NCBI GenBank assembly: GCA_964391755.1
Contig: CAYMNI010000002.1
Coordinates: 1 to 34,089, forward strand
Length of the DNA stretch: 34,089 nucleotides
Reading direction: 5' to 3'
Origin: an uncultured Ignavibacteria bacterium
GTDB taxonomy: Bacteria > Zixibacteria > MSB-5A5 > SM1-73
The position numbers were made by a program, and so were the translations under genes. The notes below the pieces were generated by a model that searched no databases, was not told the DNA's origin, and saw only the letters and a list, made by a program, of their open reading frames with translations. Below are positions 24,166 through 31,087 of the stretch, piece after piece (the first letter of the stretch is position 1; each line of letters opens with the position of its first letter).

Positions 24166-24939
24166 ATGCCCTGCAGACCTAAGTTCATACTCTTAGTAAT
24201 GCTTTTTATCTTTCTGCTGCTCGGAATCGGCTCCCAGATGGCCATAGCCGACGAGGAGAGCAAGCCTGCAGATACTACTGCTGCGGCTGCCGATACCATA
24301 AATCCGGTGAAGGCGGCCCTGGAAGATTTCCATCAGGTGATGGCTCCCCTGTGGCACGAGTCCTTCCCCCGGCAGGACCTCGAAGCCATTCGAGAGAAGG
24401 CGCCCCAACTGAACGATAAGCTCATGATTCTGCTTCGGGTGCAGCCGCCGGCCGATCTCCAGCAGGACGAGGAAAAGCTGAGAGACTTCCTGGCCAAAAG
24501 GCAGGAGTTGGCCTTCTGTGTAACTCAACTCAATCTGGCTGCAAAGGAAGGACCGGATTCTTCTCTTGCTTCCGCCTTCGAGAAGATGCACTGGGCCTAC
24601 GAAGAGGTGGAAAAGGTATTTGCCGAGCCCATAAAGGAGCTGGACAGCTTCCACGAAACGGTATATTTCCTGTGGCACAAGGCCCTGCCGGCGAGAGACT
24701 ACGAGACCATAAGGGAAACCGCGCCGGTGTTGAAAGCGGAGGCGGACAGTTTGGCGAAGGTAACCCTCCCCCAGGGCTGCAAGGTGAAGAAGGAAGAGTT
24801 CGACAAGAAGGCGGCGGCGTTGAAGGACGCTGTTTATCAATTTGCTGATAAGTCTGAAAAGGGAACCGAAGAGGAAATCGACCAATCTTTAAGAGCGCTC
24901 CACGATAGGTTCGTCGAGCTCAATCAGCTTCTCAGATAG
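24166..24939 (+). CDS. Secreted helical protein of unknown function with an internal duplication
   Basis: A signal peptide (FILLVMLFIFLLLGIGSQMAIA) is followed by two modules, FHQVMAPLWHESFPRQDLEAIREKAPQL and FHETVYFLWHKALPARDYETIRETAPVL. GGAGG lies at 24153-24157. Confidence 0.7.
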   Translation: MPCRPKFILLVMLFIFLLLGIGSQMAIADEESKPADTTAAAADTINPVKAALEDFHQVMAPLWHESFPRQDLEAIREKAPQLNDKLMILLRVQPPADLQQDEEKLRDFLAKRQELAFCVTQLNLAAKEGPDSSLASAFEKMHWAYEEVEKVFAEPIKELDSFHETVYFLWHKALPARDYETIRETAPVLKAEADSLAKVTLPQGCKVKKEEFDKKAAALKDAVYQFADKSEKGTEEEIDQSLRALHDRFVELNQLLR

Positions 24940-25030
24940 GACAAACTTCTCGCCAGGGTTAGCTTCTGGGAGAGCCCCGATACGAAACCAGAGTGTAGTC
25001 AGAGACTTCATTCTGGGCTAAAGCAGATTG

Positions 25031-25067
25031 TGTCACGAATCCACGCCTTGTTCGTCTCCTAGTAAGG
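25031..25067 (+). repeat. Copy A of a 37-nt motif, TGTCACGAA-N11-TTCGTCTnCTAGTAnGG
   Basis: Read directly: tgtcacgaatccacgccttgttcgtctcctagtaagg. The flanks are conserved with copy B (positions 1-9, 21-27, 29-34 and 36-37) and the centre is variable. Confidence 0.7.
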
Positions 25068-25195
25068 GAAACCACAGTGCAGGTAGACGCATCCCTTGGC
25101 GGGCCAACCACAACATGAGGTACACGACGGAAGAATTCGCGGCTCAGGTGGGGTATGACTTGATGCCCGGGAGATGAAAAGCACATTGCATGTTT

Positions 25196-25232
25196 TGTCA
25201 CGAAAATCAATGATTTTCGTCTACTAGTATGG
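25196..25232 (+). promoter_or_regulatory. Copy B of the 37-nt motif, containing a perfect 10+1+10 palindrome; candidate operator or alternative-sigma promoter
   Basis: Read directly: tgtcacgaaaatcaatgattttcgtctactagtatgg. ACGAAAATCA-A-TGATTTTCGT (25200-25220) is a perfect palindrome. The motif ends 86 nt upstream of the ATG at 25318. Confidence 0.5.
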
Positions 25233-25317
25233 ACAGTAGAGACAGTATCGAACATAATCTGATCCTCCAGGGATTGGATCGCAATTTCATTTAACATCTC
25301 ATCGGAAGGGCTAACAC

Positions 25318-25695
25318 ATGAGAACAGAACAGATGACCGATGACACTTACAAGAAGGCTATCTCGACGCTTAAGGCAGATCTTGGCATAGACTTCGAACG
25401 GATACTTGAGAAGGTCGACCAGCGGGATCTAACTAGAGATACAGACAAGTGCTCAGTTGTTGCCTTATTCGACCTTCTAACCGGAGAATTGAGCGAGCAA
25501 GAGAGGAAACGAGTCGAACAGCATCTGGAGATATGCAGTAAGTGCAGGGAATCCATGAAGAGACTGAAAAGCAAGAATCCAAATGCTCGTATCAGGTTTA
25601 GAGAACGTTTACTCCCTAGATTAGCTGATTTATTCCAGAAACGAGACAAGAAGAAAGCCGAGTGCCGGCCCGCGGATGGCTATAGCCGGTCATAA
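25318..25695 (+). CDS. Small soluble zf-HC2 (ZAS-type) putative anti-sigma factor
   Basis: 125 aa with no TM segment. It carries the HLEICSKC (Hx3Cx2C) motif in a charged helical context. The antisense ORF at 25347-25649 is Ser/Leu/Arg-rich shadow. Confidence 0.6.
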   Translation: MRTEQMTDDTYKKAISTLKADLGIDFERILEKVDQRDLTRDTDKCSVVALFDLLTGELSEQERKRVEQHLEICSKCRESMKRLKSKNPNARIRFRERLLPRLADLFQKRDKKKAECRPADGYSRS

Positions 25696-25825
25696 GGGAA
25701 TGACCTTCCCATGCATCTATGCTAGGGGTCTAAGCAGAGTACCAGTGGCTTGGTCTTGTCTCTACATCGTTCTCAGTGAGATGTCGTTCGATTCCATCGA
25801 GCTACTTAGGGGCGCCAGATGCTGC

Positions 25826-26566
25826 TCAGATATTTAGCCGCCTGAGTAACTCTTGCAGCATCTGGTCATCCCACTTCCCCTTTCCCATCTCGTTGTCAGC
25901 CTCCTGTGCTAGGACATCGCGGAATTTGAGCACGGCTCTCTTGTATCTCTGCCTGCAGGCGGCCTCTGTGATCTTCAACCTACGTGCGATTTGTTTGAAA
26001 GTCGGCTGTGGGTATGCAACAAGACGGGATGCTAGTACATCTCTGTATTTCTCATCTCGACCTGCAAGGGATTTCTCTAACGTTGACCTAATGAAGGCTA
26101 ACGCATGTTCGGTGAACTTATGTTCTGACTCATTCTCAGCGGTCGTCTTCTCTTCCGGCCTAGTAGCAGCAATCATAGCCCAGCCCTTTTCATCTAGTTT
26201 TACTTCTTTGGCTCGCGGTCCCCACTTTCGGAACACGGCTCGGATGTTGTCTTTTACCAGGTTCCTGAGGATAGACCTGACATAGCTGGTCGTCTTGTCT
26301 GGATCAGCTATTTCTGCGGTCAAGTCTTTCTTATCTAACCTACGGAAGAAAGTGAGAAACACCTCGTCGAGAACATCCTCAATCTCTACATTCCCCCGAG
26401 GGCGATTGTATCCAGATATGACCCCCCGCACGAAGTTGAAGTGCCTCTCATACAGTTCTTCACAGATAGCTGTCTTCACTTCCGCTGGTGGCTGCCGAGC
26501 CATCAACACCAGCAAGTCATGATCGGACCTATCACTGATCAGCAGCTTGAGTGCTTTGTGTCCCAT
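25826..26566 (-). CDS. ECF-like sigma-70 family sigma factor with extended linker and C-terminal tail
   Basis: Region-2-like segments are DLLVLMARQ...ELYERHFNFVRGVI...EDVLDEVFLTFFRRL and SYVRSILRNLVKDNIRA. The region-4 HTH is PTFKQIARRLKITEAACRQRYKRAVLKFRDVL. The gene is 246 aa, longer than a minimal ECF sigma factor. Confidence 0.7.
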   Translation of the reverse strand: MGHKALKLLISDRSDHDLLVLMARQPPAEVKTAICEELYERHFNFVRGVISGYNRPRGNVEIEDVLDEVFLTFFRRLDKKDLTAEIADPDKTTSYVRSILRNLVKDNIRAVFRKWGPRAKEVKLDEKGWAMIAATRPEEKTTAENESEHKFTEHALAFIRSTLEKSLAGRDEKYRDVLASRLVAYPQPTFKQIARRLKITEAACRQRYKRAVLKFRDVLAQEADNEMGKGKWDDQMLQELLRRLNI

Positions 26567-27444
26567 GTTTCATCTATGATGTTGCCGGTAATCCTTCGAA
26601 CTTCAGCTTTCACCGTGGTGTGGTTGTAGTCGTACTTGGGTAGTCTCTTGATAATCGCGGGTACGATCGCCCGAAACATCGTATCCTCATGCTTCCTATC
26701 TAAATAAGGACGCAAGATTTTCACACGTCGCCGTATAAACTTCTCAAAACAACAGTAGAAGAAGCACCGTGCGCTCAAATCTCCGTTGGCAAGCTCCTTA
26801 GCAAACAATGCCTCAGCCTCCTGTGGCCCATTCTTGTTCCTCCTTCGATACCTCACTAAGTAAGACAGACCACGGGCGTACTTGTTTACGACAAACCATA
26901 TACTTCGATAGTGCAGCAGTCCGGCCAACGCCACAAACAAAGCGATGCCCCTTGCTCGCTGCAAAGGAAGGCTCCTTTGATGGCTGAGACAGCGACTTGG
27001 GAACTCGTTGCATGAGAGACAAATCTCTGGTTCTTTCGTCCTAAGAATATCGATTGTTGTGTCGGGTATGCACGCCTCTAATTCTATCGTGTCGCTGGGC
27101 TTTAGGCAAATGGGTGAACCACCGATTCTGTCAAACACGTATGTAGAGGGCGAATACGAAGTCCTCTCACCCGCAACAACGCATCGTCTTCCCCCGCGAT
27201 TGGCAGATGCTTTCGGAGGAAGTACTTTCGTGAAGAAGGTCGCTTCTATAGACACGTTCTCTATTTTGTGAAGGCGGTTCACGATCCTTACTCTAAAGCA
27301 TCGTTCTAAGGGGCGCACAGAAAGCTTGAACCCCACCTTCTGCGGCCTGAAAGCTTCCGAAAACCCCAGCACAAATATGAAGTATCCGGCAATTGCCAAC
27401 CCCAGGAGCTTCAGAATCTCTTTTCCTAAAGTCTCCCTCAGCAC
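26539..27444 (-). CDS. Hypothetical 2-TM membrane protein, co-transcribed with and overlapping the sigma factor gene
   Basis: 301 aa with a GTG start. The TM segments are LKLLGLAIAGYFIFVLGF and IALFVALAGLLHYRSIWFVV, separated by a Cys-containing loop of about 135 aa. The C-terminal domain is strongly basic (positive-inside rule predicts it is cytoplasmic). Its stop lies 28 nt inside the sigma ORF. I recognise no family. Confidence 0.55.
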   Translation of the reverse strand: MLRETLGKEILKLLGLAIAGYFIFVLGFSEAFRPQKVGFKLSVRPLERCFRVRIVNRLHKIENVSIEATFFTKVLPPKASANRGGRRCVVAGERTSYSPSTYVFDRIGGSPICLKPSDTIELEACIPDTTIDILRTKEPEICLSCNEFPSRCLSHQRSLPLQRARGIALFVALAGLLHYRSIWFVVNKYARGLSYLVRYRRRNKNGPQEAEALFAKELANGDLSARCFFYCCFEKFIRRRVKILRPYLDRKHEDTMFRAIVPAIIKRLPKYDYNHTTVKAEVRRITGNIIDETWDTKHSSC

Positions 27445-28035
27445 AAGAAAGTCCCTTTCGTTTCCGCGCCAGACTAATGCCTCCTGTGAGGGACGGCACT
27501 GAGCAGATCACGGTTTTGCCGCACCCCTGGCTACGTCCCTGATATCTGCACTAATCGTCACCTGCCTGAGATTCCGTTTTGGTCCATACGAATCCATCAC
27601 GGGGTATTACTTGGACGGACCAGCTGCTTTTTTGGTACCACGCTGGGCTCTATCTAACGACTCACGAACGAGGTTGTATGTTTCTGGAACACATGATAAC
27701 AAAGTCTATTCCGGAAACCACACTAAAAGATACGTCAGCCTGCGCTGAAAGTCAACAGAGAATAGTGCTTAATCTAGATTCGATTGCAGTGGTTTACTAG
27801 TCCAGTGCCGAGTGATTCTGGCCCTCTTAGATCTCTCTTTAGGGCACAACTCTACCGAGGTCTCGGGTGCTTGTGCGTCAACTTGGCTGCATAGCCCCGG
27901 TGGGGTCCGCCACTGACCACATAAGGCTTACATGGGGGAGGAGCCGGGAAGAGGATTCCCTTCCCAGCCTCAGCCTCGGGTGTGCGAAAGGACCCATAGG
28001 TCGTCTGCAAGCAGCGTAATCGGCTTAGGTACCTA

Positions 28036-29385
28036 TCAGAATTGGGTCTTGCCGGTGAACTTGAACTTCTCCATCAACATGGCCGGAGCCACGATGCAGC
28101 CAATGTCCTCCCACCAGGAGGCCACGATCTTGCGCTCTTGGGATATCTGGCTGACGCCGGAGAAGGCTTTGAGCATGCTGTCGGTGAAGCGCAGATTCTT
28201 GATTCCGTGCTTGACCTTTCCATCCTGCACCCAGAAGGTGCCGTCTCGGGTCATGCCGGTCAACACCGCGTTGGTGGTGTCCAAAAGACCGTTGATGTAG
28301 TGGAATCTGGTCACCAGAATGCCCTTATCCACCGACTCTATCATCCGGTCCACCGAGGAGTCGCCACCGTCGATGAACAGGTTCATGGCGTAGGCGCCCT
28401 CCGAGTTGTCCGGAGTCAGAGCGTGGCCGGTGGATTTCTTTCCCTCCTTGTGAGCGTGCAGCGAGTTGTAAACCACCCCCTTGGCCACGCCGGAATCGAT
28501 CAACATCACCTTCTGTTTGGGCACTCCCTCGAAGTCGAAGGGGAAGGCGATTCCGCTTTCGTCCAGCCCGTTGTCGTACATGGTGACGTTTGCGCCCATG
28601 ATCTTTTTCCCGATGCGATTGGAGAGGAAGCTGGTCTCCTCCTGGAAGGACTTCGATCCGAAGCCGATGTAATTCATCCATTCCACCAAAGCTGCCAAAG
28701 CGGACGGCTCCAATATCACCTTATACTCTCCCGGCTCCAATGGTTGGGGATCTTTGCTGTCTGCACACTTTTTGATGGCTGTTTGGGCCAGACGGTCAGA
28801 CTCTATGCTGTCCACGTCCCTGGTGAGCTGATCGGCAAATCCGGAGCTGTTGTCTCCGGTGACGATCAGGTTCAGATAGGCGGAGGTCAAGGGCTGGTAA
28901 CAGGCTACGCCGTTGCTGTTGGCCACTCCCACCTCGGAATGGCCGGTGGAGAAAGACCCGGCGGCGGTGAACCCGAAAGCATCCGCTTGGTCGAAGATGG
29001 TTTTCACCGCTTCCGCCCTCTGAATCGGCGAGAAACCGGCGGTCTCCTCGGAGTAAGTGTCGAGCTTGGCGAACTCCTGCTTGGTCGGCAGGCCGGGGAA
29101 GTTCGGATTCTCTCGCTGGTTCTTGGCGATCTCCACGGCGTCGAAGAGCGCCTTTTCTAAATCGCTCTTGACCAGGGAATTGGTGGAAGCCACCCCCACC
29201 TTCTTCCCCAGAACCGCCCGGAAGTAGACCCGGCTGTTCCGCTCGGAGACGTTCTGATGAATGGTGGAGTTGGCGAACCGGCTCAGTCCGCTTTCTCCTC
29301 CGATATAGACCGCCTCGGTCTGATCCGCATCCGACTTTGCCAGAACCGACTTGAGTTGACTGAGTATTTTATCTTTTCCTATCAT
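28036..29385 (-). CDS. pmbA: PmbA/TldE metalloprotease partner subunit
   Basis: The track ORF extends to 29775 through the tldD 3' end. The real start is ATG 29385 (MIGKDKILSQLKSVLAKSDADQTEAVY), which overlaps the tldD TGA as ATGA. It shows typical PmbA colinearity and has no HExxxH motif. Confidence 0.85.
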   Translation of the reverse strand: MIGKDKILSQLKSVLAKSDADQTEAVYIGGESGLSRFANSTIHQNVSERNSRVYFRAVLGKKVGVASTNSLVKSDLEKALFDAVEIAKNQRENPNFPGLPTKQEFAKLDTYSEETAGFSPIQRAEAVKTIFDQADAFGFTAAGSFSTGHSEVGVANSNGVACYQPLTSAYLNLIVTGDNSSGFADQLTRDVDSIESDRLAQTAIKKCADSKDPQPLEPGEYKVILEPSALAALVEWMNYIGFGSKSFQEETSFLSNRIGKKIMGANVTMYDNGLDESGIAFPFDFEGVPKQKVMLIDSGVAKGVVYNSLHAHKEGKKSTGHALTPDNSEGAYAMNLFIDGGDSSVDRMIESVDKGILVTRFHYINGLLDTTNAVLTGMTRDGTFWVQDGKVKHGIKNLRFTDSMLKAFSGVSQISQERKIVASWWEDIGCIVAPAMLMEKFKFTGKTQF

Positions 29386-30821
29386 TTGCTGACTCCCACT
29401 TTGACTTTGCGAAATCGTGCCGGCGAGGTTCCATGCGCCACGTGCATGCTCTGCATGGGCTCGCCCTTTCCACAGTTGGGCACTCCCCAGATGCGCCAGT
29501 GACTGCGATTGCAGACCGCGTCGCAGCCGTTCCAGAACTCCGGGGTGATGCCGGTATAGGTGGCGTTTTTGAACATCCTGCCCTTGCGGCCGTTCTTGAT
29601 CTCCCAGGCCGCCTCCACCGCGAATTGGAAATTGAGCCGTTTGTCGTCTATACTCCAAACCTTGTTGGTGTCCAGGAAGAAGCCTTCCTTGGTATCTGCG
29701 ATCAAATCCTCCAATTCCCATTCTCCCGGCTCCAAGTTTATGTTGGTCATCCGGATTAGGGGAATGCGATTCCAACCGTCGGCCCGCATGGTGCCGTTGC
29801 TCTGCTGATTGACCACAGCTGCGGTCTCCCGGGACGTCTGGTATCCCACGAACAAACCATCCTTCACCAGATAAGCCCGCTGTGCCTTGACCCCTTCATC
29901 GTCGTAGCCAAAGCTTCCCAGCCCTCCGGGAATGGTGGCGTCGGCCACGATGGTGACCTTGTCCGAACCGTACTTCAGCTTGTTCAGCTTATCCTGGGTC
30001 ATGAAGCTGCCCCCGGCCAAGCTTATCTCCGTTCCCAGAACCCGGTCCAGCTCGGTGGGATGCCCGCAGGATTCGTGCACCTGGAGTGCCAGCTGATTGC
30101 CCGCGATTATGATGGTGGTCTCCATCTCCGGCAAGGGGGGACAAGATAAAAGCTCAAGCGCTTCCTCTCTTACCCTCTCCGCGTGATCTACCAGCTTCAT
30201 TTCCTCTACGAACTCATAACCCTTGGAGGCGTAATCGCCGCCGAACGAGTTGGGATAGGAGCGCCTTTGGGTTTCGGATCCCTCCACTGCAGTGGCCGAG
30301 ATTCCGGCTCCGCTCTCGGTGATGAGCTGCCGAATGAAGGCGCCCTCGGTGGAGGCGAAGGTCTTCTCGGTGCGGAAGAACATCATCGAGCCCTCCGCCA
30401 CTTTTATCTTGGGGCTTTTTTGCAGTATGGCGCAGGCATCCAGAAGAAGGCTTATTTTCTTGTCTATGGATACGCCGAAGGGATCAATCTGATATTGGCT
30501 TTGGTATTCATCCTGGCAGATCTTTGTGTCGGTCAGCTTCACGCTCTCCTTCTTGGTGAGGGCGGAGGCCTTGGCGATTTCGATCGCGGTCTGAGCCACC
30601 CTTTTCATCTCGTCTAAGTTCGCCAGGGAGCTGGCGGCGAAGCCCCAGGCACCATCTGCTATCACCCTGATTCCGAATCCCTGGTCGTCGTTGCGCGACA
30701 GAGCCTCCACGTTGCCGTTTTTCACCTTTATGTCCTCGGTGCTGGATCTTAAGTGCCGGATGTCTGCGTACTCCACCTTCTTCTTCAAAAAATCGATGAT
30801 CTCTTTTATGTTGTCTTTCAA
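29382..30821 (-). CDS. tldD: TldD metalloprotease
   Basis: It has HESCGH (HExxxH) and ends with a GxC-containing motif (PNCGKGEPMQSMHVAHG). The TTG start at 30821 lies 5 nt after AGGAGG (30827-30832, minus strand). Confidence 0.85.
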   Translation of the reverse strand: MKDNIKEIIDFLKKKVEYADIRHLRSSTEDIKVKNGNVEALSRNDDQGFGIRVIADGAWGFAASSLANLDEMKRVAQTAIEIAKASALTKKESVKLTDTKICQDEYQSQYQIDPFGVSIDKKISLLLDACAILQKSPKIKVAEGSMMFFRTEKTFASTEGAFIRQLITESGAGISATAVEGSETQRRSYPNSFGGDYASKGYEFVEEMKLVDHAERVREEALELLSCPPLPEMETTIIIAGNQLALQVHESCGHPTELDRVLGTEISLAGGSFMTQDKLNKLKYGSDKVTIVADATIPGGLGSFGYDDEGVKAQRAYLVKDGLFVGYQTSRETAAVVNQQSNGTMRADGWNRIPLIRMTNINLEPGEWELEDLIADTKEGFFLDTNKVWSIDDKRLNFQFAVEAAWEIKNGRKGRMFKNATYTGITPEFWNGCDAVCNRSHWRIWGVPNCGKGEPMQSMHVAHGTSPARFRKVKVGVSK

Positions 30822-30880
30822 GATTGCCTCCTTTCGTCCGCGCGTCTTTGGGCATCCCCCTCTCAGACCTCGGAAGCATT

Positions 30881-30909
30881 AAGTTATGCTGGGGCAGGCC
30901 CTTTGTCAA
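30881..30909 (-). promoter_or_regulatory. Candidate sigma-70 promoter for tldD-pmbA
   Basis: The minus strand reads TTGACA (30909-30904), a 17-nt spacer, then TAACTT (30886-30881), about 60 nt upstream of the TTG start. This is a pattern match only. Confidence 0.3.
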
Positions 30910-31037
30910 GAGGAATAAGCTTATAGGTATCCACACCCAAAGCCGATGGCGGAAAGCGTGGGGACGACGAATCGGGCCGAGTCCGACTCATCGTCAACGC
31001 AAGCGGTAATCAAGACGATCCGCCGACTAAATGAAAG

Positions 31038-31074
31038 AAGCCCCCTTCTAAACGTGCTACAGAAGGGGGCTTCC
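31038..31074 (-). terminator. Intrinsic terminator downstream of the dockerin/cohesin gene
   Basis: A perfect 13-bp stem, GAAGCCCCCTTCT (31038-31050) / AGAAGGGGGCTTC (31062-31074), has an 11-nt loop. On the minus strand it is followed by TTTCATTT. It lies 14 nt after the stop at 31088. Confidence 0.7.
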
Positions 31075-31087
31075 GATGAAGGTTTAT

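Noticed and set aside
24959-25297. 112-aa minus-strand ORF covering the left non-coding part of the island.
   Set aside because: It has no RBS, and its ATG is only 20 nt from the divergent ZAS-gene ATG, leaving no promoter space. Its composition is low-complexity and Arg/Ser/Thr/Val-rich, and its only internal similarity (RRKSLIFVTK / RRTRRGFVTQ) is simply the translated 37-nt DNA motif. I cannot fully exclude that it is a real small protein.
25776-26285. 169-aa plus-strand ORF and the 100-aa minus-strand ORF at 25347-25649.
   Set aside because: They are Ser/Leu/Arg/Cys-rich antisense shadows of the sigma factor and ZAS-type genes respectively. The opposite frames carry the recognisable sigma region 2/4 and Hx3Cx2C motifs.
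27930-28030. Fragments reminiscent of RNase P RNA (GGGGAGGAGCCGGG versus the GAGGAAAGTCCGGGC box; CGGCTTAGGT versus CCCGGCTTATCGG).
   Set aside because: The universally conserved GAGGAAAGUCC box is not actually present. The spacing between the two fragments (about 80 nt) is far too short for an RNase P RNA, and no P4 pairing can be drawn.
29386-29775. 130-aa N-terminal extension of the pmbA ORF in the track.
   Set aside because: It overlaps the tldD 3' end in another frame and is Gly/Arg/Gln-rich. The ATG at 29385 forms an ATGA overlap with the tldD stop and starts a normal PmbA N-terminus.
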